DNA of 64,000 nt from Octopus bimaculoides (taxonomy: Eukaryota): the NCBI RefSeq assembly GCF_001194135.2, contig NC_068985.1, forward strand, positions 118,261,515 through 118,325,514, given 5' to 3'. Below, one piece after another: positions 12,901 through 27,270 of the stretch. A program made the position numbers and the translations under genes. The notes beneath the pieces were generated by a model. The model saw only the letters and a program-made list of their open reading frames with translations, was not told the origin of the DNA and ran no database searches. Each line of letters opens with the position of its first letter. Position 1 is the first letter of the stretch.

Positions 12901-13468
12901 GCTGTACATTAGCTCACTCCTTCCATGAAATTGATGTTGCCTGAACAGGTGAATGGTGTACCATGCGTCAAGCATTGAAATGATCACAGAGTAATGTGAG
13001 GTAAAAAACACAACACACCACCAAATTTAGGAATTGAAACTATGATCTCACGATCGAGTGCAACACCCTAACCATTAATTTAGGAACAAGTTCTGCAATT
13101 TTGAAGTCAGGGGATTAGCTTATTAAACTAACTGCAGTACTTGACTAGTATTTATTTTATCAACCCACAGAGGTACGAAAGGCAAAGTTGCTGTCAATGA
13201 GATGTGAAATCAAAACAAAGAGCTAATACTGTAAAGCACTTTTTAATGGTTTTTAACAGTTCTTGTCAATTCACTGCTACTACTACTACTAGGATAATCT
13301 ACTACAAGGATAATCTACTACCCAAGAACTGTTCCACTGACTGTCTTCTACATAGTTTGACTTTACCTCATTTCACTCACATGGGACTTTGGTAGAAGAC
13401 AATTGAAATTATATGTAGTTGTATCAAATCCCAACTCACATAGATGATACCCCATTTCTGCCAATACT

Positions 13469-13502
<34 letters not shown>

Positions 13503-16500
13503 TAATAATTCTTTGTACTATAGGCACAAGGCTTGAAATTTTGAGGGAGGATGCTAGTCGATTATCTTGATCTCAGTGCTCAACTGGTACTTATTTAATT
13601 GACCCTGGAAGGTTGAAAGACAGTGTCAACTTTGGTGGGATTTGAACTAATGATGAACAAAATCTTATTACATATTTTGTTTGACATGCTAACAATTCTG
13701 CCTGCTCACTGCTTTTATAATAATAACGATGATAATGGTTCATTTTCATTTCCAACAATGGTAAAAATAAAAAAAAAGCTGAAACCTCACACCCATTCAT
13801 TCTTTACCATTCAACTAGGGTGGTCCTGATATGTGCCAGTTATGTTAGCATATTCCCAGGGAAGGCCATGTGCATGTATAACACACACATACACATACTG
13901 GGTCATGTGTTGAGATGTTAAAAATTTTTCTATTTTAGTTACCATTTTATCTTTTACTAATTTGGATAAATTAAGTTTTAACCCTTCTTGGTCATTTCAA
14001 CTTCCGAATTGCATTCTCTCTGCCTTTCTTCTTTCTAATCTCCCCTCTATTTCTCTCTGCCTGTCTCATTAACTTCTCCTGTCTTTTACTCTTGGCTTCA
14101 TTTTCTCCTTTCTCTCTCTCTCTCTTGTATTCTATAGCCATCACCATTATTCTTATGGTTCCTATCAGGAATTAGGCAATCTTTTAATAGTCATTCTGTC
14201 TTTTTCGGTCAGCTCAATCTCAAAAGCCATCATCAGTTCAAGACACCACTGCTTCTTCACAAAATTACTTGTCTGTATTTGTGAAATCATTTCTTTTTTC
14301 TTTTCTTTTTTTTAATATATCAGTTATATCTTTTGAATACTTTCATGCTTTCTCATCTGATTTTCTATTCAGTCTGTGTCTCAAGTTCATACTATATATG
14401 TTCAGATATGGCTGTGTGATTAAGTTCACTTTGCAGCTACATAGTTCTGGCTTTAATACTGCTGTGTGGCATCTTGAACACAGATCTTCAGCTATTGCCT
14501 TGGGTTGACCAGTACTTGTATGTAAAATTTGGTAAATGGAAACTGTCATACCTACATATATACATACATACATACATGCATGCATCATATATACAGACAT
14601 GTATGTATGTATGCATGCATGCATATATGCAGATATGTATGCATACAGATGTATGCATATGTGTGTGTGAATATGTATATACAGGCATGTATGTATATGT
14701 GTGTGAATATATATATATACACACACACACAGAGGCATGTAGGTATATGTGTGTGTATGTGAATATATATATATGTATGTATGTATGTATATATATGTAT
14801 GTATATATGTATGTATGCATATATATGTATGTATATATGAAGAAAACAGAAAAATGAAGAAATATTGCTGAACAACAATTGAATTACATCAATTATTATT
14901 TATTAATTCAATACAAATAGACTGCATCCCATCTAACAGTTGTTTCTGCTTCCAATGTTGTATGGTATTGTCATTGGTATGCTAAAACATATTTATCATA
15001 TTTGGTAATAAAACTGATCTGAAACATGGAGCTTCATCAGAGTGAAGAATAAATAAAAAAAAAGAAGAACCTAGAGAAGAAAAAGGAAAAGTTGAATATG
15101 GTTATAGTTATACTATTTTGCCTGTGTGTCTCTTTGGGATGTTAAGTAAATGACTAAATTTCAGATAGGTATCTCTCTTAATGATATATTATTAGCCTTA
15201 TTCATTCCATAATATTTATTTTTTAAATCTCGTATATACTGACCTAAGCATTTTTGGGCCCCTTACAACATATACCATTTTCCCATTCATTTATTTTTTT
15301 TTATCTTACCCTGTATAATGGTCTCAATAGCTGGTCTTTTGTTTTTCAATTTTAACTGACCAATTATACCAAACACTGGACCTTGGTCTATCTCACTTCG
15401 GACAACAGGTGGATGGGCTTAATCACCTACTAGTAAGTAAAGAATTACATTTAATCAATTAGCACTTTATTATGATATATACTATTAATTAGTACTATAA
15501 ACATAATTATTAAAAATTATTATGTTTAATTTAAAACTTTATTGTATCTTCACCCCTTCTTCGACTAAAACCTATTGGCGTATCCTTCTATTATTTTAAT
15601 TTTTATTATTATTTATTCATCCTATGCACCCCTCTTGTAAAAAGGATTAATTCACCAAATACTATTTTAAATTTCATCATTAACTTAATGTCCCAAAGAG
15701 ATACACAAGCAAAATGATATGATTACAACCATATTCAACTTTTCCTTTTTCTTCTCTAGGCTCTTCTTTTTTTTATTTATTCTTCACTCTGATGAAGCTC
15801 CATGTTTCAGATCAGTTTTATTACCAAATATGATAAATATTTTTTAGCATATCAATGGCAATACCATACAACATTGGAAGCTGTTAGATGGGATGCAGTC
15901 TATTTGTATTGAATCAATAAATAATAATTGATGTAAGTCAATTGTTGTTCAGCAATATTTCTCCATTTTCTGTTTTCTTTAAATTTTGATTCCTAATAAA
16001 CTCATATTTATCCTTGTCCTTACCTATAATTTATGAGCATAATATACTTGCATATGTATGCCCATGGTTAAACATAAGTAATATACCAGTAGGACAATGG
16101 ATACTTTTATCCCTTAGATGGTTATTTTATATCTGATGAAGACATCAGATATAAGTCTTATATGATGAGAAACCATCAATTTGTCAGAAAAAGCAAAATA
16201 AAATCACTACATCAGATCTAAAAGTTTCTTAAACAACTGAAAAATCCAGCAGCAGAAGATTTGATTTGGTTTTTCTCAAACGAGAAAAACTATGACCAAA
16301 ATCAGGAACTTAAGAGAAGAAATGATGATAGCTGGTTATGTGCAGACCCTTCTGAAGTTCCAAGTATTATGCATACAAAATTTTCTGCAACTGTCATAGT
16401 TTTAGGGGTTGTCAGCAATGAAGGACATGTGATGCCTCCTTACTTCTTTCCACAATACCTTAGAGTTAACTCTGCCACCTACATTGAGTTTCTGGAAATA

Positions 16501-17108
16501 ATTATCAAGCCTTGGATAGACAATGTACGCAATTGAAGGCCATAAGGCCATATGTGTTTCAGTAAGACTGCACTATCACACATGGCTCTAGTAACACAGG
16601 AATGGATGGGTGAAAATTTTGATGATCACATAACCCCTGACATTTGGCCTCTTAATTCCCCAGATCTCAGTCCATTGGACTATTACATGTGGAACATTGT
16701 TGAGAGAGAGGTCAATGAATATGCTGATAACACCAAAGATTCTTTGAAAGCTGCCATAGTCAGAGTAATGTCCAAAATGAACCAGGACCACATGATCTGA
16801 GCATGGAGATGATTTAGATCTCATATAGAAGCAGTTGTTGAAGCTGAAGGTGGCTTTATTGAATAACATTATAGAAAAGAAGGTTTATTTTTATCCTCAT
16901 AGCATTTTTTGATAAATAAAATTATTATTTGTTATTATATATCTGCTTTTTATAAACATAAGTCTGTCCTCGAATATCTTATGTATCCCGTACATACATG
17001 TATGTGTCTGTGTGTATGCATGTGTACATATATGTATGTGTGTGTACGCATATATGTACATACATTTATGTGTGTGTGTTTGTGTTTGTGTGATCATGTA
17101 TATACATA

Positions 17109-17150
<42 letters not shown>

Positions 17151-18946
17151 GGGAAGAAATTGCTCATAAATTAGTGCACTGAATAAAAGTACTTTATGTA
17201 TTTCATCCAAGCTGCATAGGCACTTTGTTTCACCCTTGCCATTGGAAATGCAGTAAACCAGTGATTAGCCCATTGGAAATCTATAATCAATATTTGAGAG
17301 AGAGAGAAAGAGAGAGACACACACACAGACAGAGAGAAAATCCTATTTATTATGTTTCTTCTATCATTGATCATAGAGTGAATTTAGTTTCATTGCTATT
17401 AAAAAACATCTAAACGATATAAACCTTCATTCCAGTCATTTATGCTTTGTATTGTTATGACAACTCTTGTACTTCTATTCATGCAAATCTGGAAAAACAG
17501 AAATGAAATCCTTGTTAGTTATTGTGTGTGTATCCATCTTTGTGGTCATACTTAACATATGTACATTGTTAAAAAGCATGATGCTGTGACTTTTGTCTGA
17601 GAGAAAATCTCTTCATAGACACAGATGAACATCTTCCCAGCAGTGATTCATGTGAAGACGAGACGTGGTTTGGTCTTCTTGAGCATTAATAATGATATGT
17701 ACTCATAAATCACTCGCTTAGACGAAAACTGTCCCTTCTGATACATAGGGGACAGTGAATGACAATTACTGGTATTATGGAAAGCCTGCCTTATGGAATA
17801 CAAACTCTGTGTATGCAAATGATACAGAATTAGATTAAGATTGCTATTTATGTGTTATTAACATTTATATGGCATTGAAAGATATAATGGTGTAGTTTTT
17901 GGTTGAGAGAAAATCTCTACATAGACTTGTTGTGTTGAATTTTGCTGTAATGTGTGTGGTGTTGTTGTGACTCCCTGCTAGGATGTTCATCTCACTCTTG
18001 ATATAATATATATTGATTTTAACACAGCATGTCGATGAAGATTTTCTCTCAGGCAAAAACCACAGCATCATACCTTTCTACTATTTTAATCTAATCCTGT
18101 CTCAATTGTGTACACACACACACATACACATTTGTGTGTACTCACACGCATACACACACACGCACACACACACACACGAGTTTCTGTCTACTGGATTTTA
18201 TGCTTTCATTGCATGTTTCACAGGATTAGATACAGAAATTTAAAGGGCTCAATTTTTTTTTCTTTTTTTTTTTTCTTAAAGCATTGGTTTTATTTATAAA
18301 ACTTCCCATTCAGAATCTTAAACTTAGAAATAAACCATTCTATTCTTGACAGAAATTTAAAAGTTAATTGATAAAACTAATTATCTATAAAAAACAAAGT
18401 GAAGTACCTTATTTCACATACTAATTAACATTTTATTTGTAGCTAAAGTATTTTACAATAGTTAAAATGAAGCCTGTCTGCAAATTACATTGTATGTTTT
18501 ATAAATTAAACAACTTATGATTTTAGAATTTCACATAAAATTTATATATTCGTTCATATTTACATCCATTTTTTCATGCTAGCATGGNNNNNNNNNNNNN
18601 NNNNNNNNNNNNNNNNNNNNNNNNNNNNNNNNNNNNNNNNNNNNNNNNNNNNNNNNNNNNNNNNNNNNNNNNNNNNNNNNNNNNNNNNNNNNNNNNNNNN
18701 NNNNNNNNNNNNNNNNNNNNNNNNNNNNNNNNNNNNNNNNNNNNNNNNNNNNNNNNNNNNNNNNNNNNNNNNNNNNNNNNNNNNNNNNNNNNNNNNNNNN
18801 NNNNNNNNNNNNNNNNNNNNNNNNNNNNNNNNNNNNNNNNNNNNNNNNNNNNNNNNNNNNNNNNNNNNNNNNNNNNNNNNNNNNNNNNNNNNNNNNNNNN
18901 NNNNNNNNNNNNNNNNNNNNNNNNNNNNNNNNNNNNNNNNNNNNNN

Positions 18947-18998
<52 letters not shown>

Positions 18999-19115
18999 AA
19001 ATCCAGTCTTAAAGACTTTGGTTGGTTCAGGGTTGAAGACACCCAAGGTGCTGTGCAGTTGGACTGAACCTGAAACCATATGGTTGGGAGTGAACTTTTC
19101 AACTACACAGCCATG

Positions 19116-19166
<51 letters not shown>

Positions 19167-19206
19167 NNNNNNNNNNTTAAACGATGATGATGATGATGAT
19201 GATGCC

Positions 19207-19237
<31 letters not shown>

Positions 19238-22200
19238 GCAATAAGTGCGGAGCATAGAAACCTCAGACCTTGAGTTACTTACGTAGCTTAACAGCTATAT
19301 AGAAATACAAGTGTATGAATTTCCTCTTTATTTTTAACTCTTGTGTGACTACATTTCTGTTTCTAATGAAATACACTGCTTATATATTTCCACTAATTTT
19401 GGAAAATAATCAAGAATTTGAAGGTATTTAGTAAAATTTTTCCTTATTAAGCTGGTGTTAGGAAAATAACAGGTTCTTAGAATGAAAATTAATGGTTTTA
19501 ATTTCGATATACCACTTTAAAAGGAGGCAATTTTTTATTGTAGAACCAAGGGTAGCCTCAGGCTGGTTTAGTATCAAATGGCTTAGAATATAAATTGGAA
19601 TTAATGGTTAGAACAGTTACATACTTAAAATTACCATAATACCACTTCTATCAGTTGTAGATTCAAATGTGATAATGTTGATAAATAGAAACTCAGTTTA
19701 TTATTATTTTTACTTTTATGATTTAGATTGAATATGAATTTCACATGTTAGAAATTTTTTTTTTCATAGCTAATTTTTAGAAATCCTTCATAATTTAGCA
19801 GCATGCTTTATCTTCTGCAGAGCATTAATTTTTTTTCCCCACAGTACTACCCATTTTTGTATTTTAGAATTGCTCTATCTTTTTCTATTTTAATTTGATC
19901 ATCTATTTATTTGCATTGCTACTTTATAGAATATCATTTAGGCAATATTTCTTTCAACTTGGTCTAATAATCCCAGCTATCTCTCACATTAACAAAATAG
20001 ATTTAATAAAAAATAAGAAATTTCTGCATTGCAAAATAAAAACATTTTCCTAAATGTAAATTTTTGTTTTCAATTACTAACATGTGTAGAGTTAAAAAAC
20101 TTATTTTGTGAATCATGTATTTTCATATCAGCAAGGCTTATACTTATCTTCTATAAAAATCTTGATACTTTTCTTTTATAATATATTCTCTTGGCTTGTT
20201 TCCATTTTGCCTTCTTCAAAGCCTCTTAATCATTTAAATTTCAATATTTATTTTTTTCTGTTTTCGTGTGTGTTGAACAGATCTATGGAATAGCAGCTGC
20301 TGTTATTTCATTTGACTCTCATGTTTGGCTGCTTATATTACTGATATTTCAATTAGGGAGCCTTCATGTACTTGTGCACCTTGCTAGAAATACCTACTCA
20401 ATCACCCTCAAACCACACCCTACTCCCTGAAATAGTATTTCTAGCAGGTGGATTGGCAGAATCAATAGAGAGCCGAAGTGTAACAACTGATCATTGTTTA
20501 ATTCAGTCATCTGTTGCAGATCTGAATGTGGCTAGCAGGCCAAATTCTTGCAGAACACACCCGTCTACATTGTGGTCACTAAAAAGACACAGTGGTTATA
20601 GCTGATGTAGATGAAAAAGTCTGCCTTTGTTCTCTAGTATTTGTTAGTTTTTCTTGCGAGTAATTCAATACATTGTATTCTCAGTTCAGATCACATCAAT
20701 GTTAACTTCATCTTTTGGGGTTGATATCATTGATAATTCCCTTTCTTAGAATTTGTGGCCCTATGCCAATGTTAGAAATCATATTATTAGTAGTTTTCAA
20801 AATCATATTATTGGTATTTCTATTCACTTTTTAATTTTTTTTTTTATTGTAGTGATTCAGTTCTTACAATTCCTATTATATTTTTGTCAATTCTTCACCT
20901 GTCTTAATACATATTTATTATAACTGACATAATGCTACATCATCAGCATTATTATTGTCACCTTCATTTTATGTCTGCTTTCCCTATATGCATGGGTTGG
21001 ACAGATCACTAGAATCAAAGTTAGTATGGCAGTTTTGAAGGATTTTTTTTATCCATCTGCATTTCTCTTTGTAGCTGTCAGTTTGATATTGCTTAATATA
21101 TTGTTTAAAACTATTATTTATAATATTAATATTAGCTTATTTACAACTTTTCTCATTTCTTAAATGCAAAATATATTCAATAAAAAGCTCCTTGATATGA
21201 ATTAATTTGAGTTCTAGTTTAAAATTCAGTAAAGGTTCTAACCTCAATCAAAACAGAACTAATTAATGATAGTCTTTCTTATTCTATTAAATAGTCACTG
21301 GATATTCCAAAGGGCATGCAGGTTAATGATTTATTGAATTTTGTTCTCTTATCACAATATGCTATTTGATTAATTGATATTACAATCTCAATGCAGTGAT
21401 TAAAAAAAAAAAAAAAACCCAAGAATGCTCTACCCATTTGCATACTTGCAAACAGTGTTATTTAATTATCCATTTTATTATTGTTGTTGTTTAGTTTACA
21501 GTTTTTCTTTACACATTGGTCTGAATTGTTTGAAATACATAGCAGGTTCAGAATATTTTTTGTTTGTTTGTTCATGCAACGTCTGTTCATTCATACTAGC
21601 ACTGGTTGGATGGGGACTTATTTGTGACAGCATTTTTGGCCAGATGCCCTTCCTGTTGTCAACTATTACCTGTTTTTCAAGTAAGGTTTTTTTTTTCTGG
21701 TGTACAAAGGCAGAGAGTGATTAGTTGTAATGTCAATGAGAAATGTAATATTCACTTCACTGTTCTGCTCTGACAGACATAAACAATGTGTAGGATGTTA
21801 GCACTTTGACAGCCCAGAAATTTATGCACAAGCGTACACACACACACACTCTCTCTCTCTTTCTCCCTCACACACACACACACACACACGTAGGTGTGTG
21901 TCTGTGTGCAGGTGCAGGCATGGCTGTGTAGTTAAGAAGTTTGCTTCCCAACTACATGGTTTTGGTGGATATTTGTCCTCATCTTGTTTGTTGTTAACAC
22001 TACATTTCGGCTGATATACCCTCCAGCCTTTCATCAAGGTATTTTTCGATGTTGCTGCTGCTGCTGTTGATGATGATGATGATAACATGCACCAAGTATG
22101 GATTCAGGACATCTGTACGCTGCAAGCCGACCTTCACTGGACGACACCTCAACTTCAATTCCCACCATCCATACAATGTAAAGAGAGGGATTGCTCAGTG

Positions 22201-24233
22201 CCTAAAACATTGAGCAAAGAATATAAGTAGCGATTGTGATACACACCACGAAGAAATGATCCAGCTCAGTAACAATCTATTAAGCAACAACTACCCCAAA
22301 AACATACTATCCACTCCAATTATGAAGACAAAAGAGGATGAAACCAGTAAACTGTCTACAGTCTGTCTACCCTATTTGAAAGGCCTCTCCAAAAAGATAC
22401 AAAAGATATGCGACCCATATGACATCAGGACAGTATTCAAGAGTAATACGACACTTAGCAAATATCTCCTTCGAGTAAAACCACCAACAGAAGAGAATAT
22501 GACCAAAAACTGCGTGTATTCCATCTCATGCAGCTGTGGTAGGTCACACAAAGGGGAAACATGTTGCCCCCTCAAAATGAGGCTAGAGGAACATTGCAAA
22601 GCTGTGACACAAGGAGATATTCATAAATCGGGCATCATGTATGGGAAAATGGAGACCACCTCCCCCTGTGGGATGAAGTTAAAATAATAGACAGAGAACA
22701 CCACTGGAAAATACGAAAACTAAAAGAAGTAGCACATATGCTAGGACACAACAACCCCCTAAGCAGACCTAATGCAGATATGAATAACATATAGGAACCG
22801 GTATTAAGGAAGGATAGGAAAATATTCGATTTATAAGTCCTAAAATTCACTCCATAATTGCCCACAGGCATATGGTGTAGTGATTAAGACTGCGGGCTAC
22901 TAACCTCAAGATTCTGAGTTCGTTTCCAGGCAGTGAGTGACCTGAATAATAATAATAATAATGACATTGAGAAATACCTTAGGAATGAGAACCTAGGTTC
23001 GAAATTTCCCCAAGACACTTGATGAAAGCTGGAGGGTATATCAGCCGAAACGTTGTGTTAACAACAAACAAGATGAGGACAAATCCGTTATATGTAAATA
23101 ATGTACATAATTCCTCATCTCTGTACATGGATTTGGGTTCAGTCCCACTGCATGGTACCTTGAACAAGTGACCACTACTGTAGCCTTGAGCTGACCAAAG
23201 TCTTGTGAGTGAATTTGGAAGATGGAAATTGAAAGAATCCTGTCATGTGCATGTATGTATGAATATGTGTGTATTTTGTGTACTTGAGTAAAACACTTTA
23301 TTTCATATTGCTTCAGTCCACTCAACTGGCAAAAATGAATGAGTGGTACCTGTATGTCAAGGGGCCAGCCTTGTCACACTCTGTGTCCTGCTGAATCTCC
23401 CTGAGAGCTACATTAAGGGTATGCATGTTCGTGGAGTGCTCAGTTGCTTGCACATTAACTTCATGAGCAGGCTGTTCCATTGATTGGATCAACTAGAACC
23501 CTTGTCATTGTAACTGACAGAATCCCAGTTTTTTTATGTTGAAATGGCAGAGCTGGTAAAGCACTGACTGAAATGCTTTGTAGCGTTTATGTTTCTTTAA
23601 ATTCTGGTTGCAAACAGTGTTGAATCCAACTGTTTCAAACTCTTGTTATTCATAAAATAAATAGGCAGCAAATTGTCAGTCATTAGAGCATCAGATAGAC
23701 CATGTTCTTCTTCTTCCAGTTCTGTGTCTTCTGTATTCAGATCCTACTGAAGTTGACTTTGCCCTTCATTCTTTTAGGATCAGTAAAGTACCAGTCCTTT
23801 TCTGAGTTGAATTCCTCTTCTTCTACCCATACCACTCTTTGAGAAATTGGCTGTCTAGTTTTAGAGAAAGATTGGCTCCACCATGTTTAAAGTGGACAAA
23901 ACACAATATGGCTGTGGATTCAAAAGAGACTGAGGTCCCAAGGAAATATGGAAAATAAGTGTTGATAGTCAAATACCAGTCTAATTCAGGAAATTCTTGT
24001 TAGCAGCTTGAGATGAGGCTCAAAACAACCAGTTTCGTTGTCTTTAAGAATTATCAGGGACCACTTACTCTCTCTCTCCTCTGTGTAACAGGATAAAGTT
24101 ACTGAAGGCTTCTTCTTAAAATGTAAACAAAACTGTGACAGAGACAGTTCATACACAGAGACAACTCATACACAAGGTTTATAGCTTGACATAAATTACT
24201 AGCGTACCAGCAACATATCTGGCAAACACATAA

Positions 24234-24267
<34 letters not shown>

Positions 24268-24708
24268 CTGTATTTGTTTTTATTGCTATATCTAGACCTA
24301 GAATTAAATACAGACTGTAAAAATGTAAAATGTTTCTCCTATACAGTAGTTAATCTGAGATTTAACACATAAAATTTTATTCATTACCCAAACTTCAGGT
24401 AAAGATATGATTCAGTATTGAAGTATTGTAAGACAGACCAATGTGAATTACTGAGAGACCTGATTTTTTGATATACATGACTTACACTGGCAAAAATAGG
24501 TGGGGTGGCAGGAATGGTAAAGTTATTGTCTTTGTCTTTTCTCTGAACATCAGTGAACTAAATGAAATGGTTCCAGCAGGAAATTAAAACCTAAATTACT
24601 TAGTGTACTATGACCATCTGTATGCAGTGGTGTATATATATGTATATATGTAAGTGTGTATATGTATGTATTTGTGTATCTATATGTGCATTTGTGTGCA
24701 TGTGTAAT

Positions 24709-24753
<45 letters not shown>

Positions 24754-24777
24754 TGGTATATTTATTTACGTATTTTT

Positions 24778-24815
<38 letters not shown>

Positions 24816-26995
24816 CACACACAAAAATACATATATACAGATGTATTTGTATATATGTGACTATCTTAGAGAGGATAGTACCTGACCTGAGGAAATTAGG
24901 TTTTTGGTTAGATACATATGTTTGATGAATTTGGAATGTGTATGTGTAATTAAGTAAACTTTTAATGTACAGAGACTCTGTATACACTTATATTGAAAGC
25001 ATAATGAATGTTTGCTCCCTTGTGTAATGATTAATAAGCAGACTCAGGTAGCCAGTGTTAGGTGGTCAAATGTCTGTATACTCTTTGAGTTCTGTTTACA
25101 TATGTATAAATTATTCATATGAAATTTCTGTTACATGGCTTGATTTCTGTATTTCTTTTCAATTACTTTATTAAACATGTGTATCAAAATTTATATAACA
25201 CAGAGTAGGCAACATGGCAACCATGCTCATTCATGCTGGTACAACTGTAAAATGCACCCAGTTCCCTTTGTAACATAGTTGGTATTAGGAAAAGCATTCA
25301 GCTGTAGAAATTGTTCCCGAATGAAACACTCAAATGAGACATGATCCCCGGCCTATCTAGAAGAGCATTAACTCCAAATAAGAGCCTGTTCTACCCATGC
25401 CAGCAGGGAAAGTAGATGTAAAGTGATGTTGATAAAACTCTAAAGTGACTGTCAAAATGCCTTACAGTATGTAGATTTTATCATTGTATTTAATCAGAAT
25501 GACAGTGTCTATTTACCATCATGGGCCCTCTGAGAACTAGTGAGATGAAGGGTCAGTAACCATGTCTTTGATAGACCCTCTGAGACTGCTGTTGCTGATA
25601 GGGGCTCATGTTTGCTCTGAATATCTGTCGATTGCTAACTGCAAGAAGAGAATTCCTGAGGGTTGGAAAAAGGATTAGACATCATGGTTAGAATGGAGTT
25701 GAAAGGTAGGGATACAATATAGCTGATGGGAGGAGACAAGTTGGGTTGGTCTGGATGACTGTATATAAACTGGCTAATTTAGAGGAGCAGATGATGTAGT
25801 AATGATATAACAGACATTGAGGAGACAGAACATTTGTAGACAAGTTATTATGTGTTGGTAAGCAACTCTTTACCAATCAGTTGAATGGCCTTTTTTTTTT
25901 TAAATGCAGTCTCAGTTGTATGGATAGCAGCAAGAACAGCAGTAGCATTCCAGATATATATGGAAGCAGTATTCTGTTGTGTGAATTTCTAGAGCTTTGT
26001 ATACCAAGTTCCCTTTAATCGCACATACTTCTTCACCATAAAAATATAGCACACTTCATCAAAGAAATAAGTATTTAGTATGAATTCTCAGTTATTAACT
26101 ATATATAACATGTTCATACATGGATATACACATGCATGTAAACATGCTACACTTAATCATATTCATAAATACACATAGAGATTGATTCTTTCTACCTTAT
26201 CATGCAAATAATTTTATTTCATATCTTCATACTTCATTTTAATTTCCTGTGATATAAGATTTACATAACTCTCTTTCTTAATCCATTTGGAAACTGAAAA
26301 TTTATCAGCTGCTGCGAGGTTATTTAGTTAATGAAGAATATCTCCCTGAATGAGACTGGGGGAGGTTTTCAGTAATAAAACAACTCTGATAACTACAAGC
26401 AAGCTTTTAAGTTCTACTGGTTGATTTAGGTTGGTTACTTTGTTGTTATGAATATATTAACCAGATCACATAAATATGTTTGTGTAGGGATGTATCTGGT
26501 TACTCTAACCAAAGCATGTTAATTTTGGTTTGTTACTTTGTTGTTATGGATGTATTACCGGATCACATAAATGTGTTTGCATAGGAATGTATCTGGTTAC
26601 TCTGTTGCTTTAACTAGTACACATTTGCATATACATTATATTAATTGGATAAGTGAGTGGGTGAGGCTGTACTAAGTTGTATCAATTACATGTTTGTATG
26701 AACCAGATCAAATCAAATGGGTTAATTATACTCCATTTACTGAATCATGTGAGCTTCATAATGTGGAATATGGATGAAATATTTACTCCAACTGCATATA
26801 GTTGAATATGTTTTGGGCTATCTAATATGTGAAGATGCATGATCTAGTGTTTATGATGTTCTGCTCATGATCATAAAGCCCATGGTTCAATTCCTGGACC
26901 AAGTGCTACACTGTCTTTGAGCAAGTTACTTCATTTCACATTGCTCCAGTCTGTTCAGTCTGTAATGAACACCAGCTAACCGTTGATATAGCGCG

Positions 26996-27056
<61 letters not shown>

Positions 27057-27236
27057 NNNNNNNNNNNNNNNNNNNNNNNNNNNNNNNNNNNNNNNNNNNN
27101 NNNNNNNNNNNNNNNNNNNNNNNNNNNNNNNNNNNNNNNNNNNNNNNNNNNNNNNNNNNNNNNNNNNNNNNNNNNNNNNNNNNNNNNNNNNNNNNNNNNN
27201 NNNNNNNNNNNNNNNNNNNNNNNNNNNNNNNNNNCC

Positions 27237-27270
<34 letters not shown>

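Larger units (their letters stand above)
21967..23123 (+). mobile_element. 5'-truncated Penelope-like retroelement (RT thumb plus GIY-YIG endonuclease, pseudogenised) with 3' pLTR and inverted 5' pLTR fragment
   Basis: [30 protein letters not shown] (RT thumb), [39 protein letters not shown] (GIY-YIG), [20 protein letters not shown]. Region 21967-22052 is the reverse complement of about 22962-23085 with an internal deletion. Confidence 0.9.

Noticed and set aside
15170-15660. G-poor spacer of the long inverted repeat as a mitochondrial insertion (NUMT)
   Set aside because: Composition is suggestive, but manual translation in the mitochondrial code gave no convincing match to cox, cob, atp6 or nad motifs. 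A blastn against the mitogenome would settle it.
22867-22943. Functional tRNA gene
   Set aside because: Acceptor stem and boxes are degenerate, and it is embedded in a retroelement and followed by (AAT)n. It is treated as a SINE-type head.
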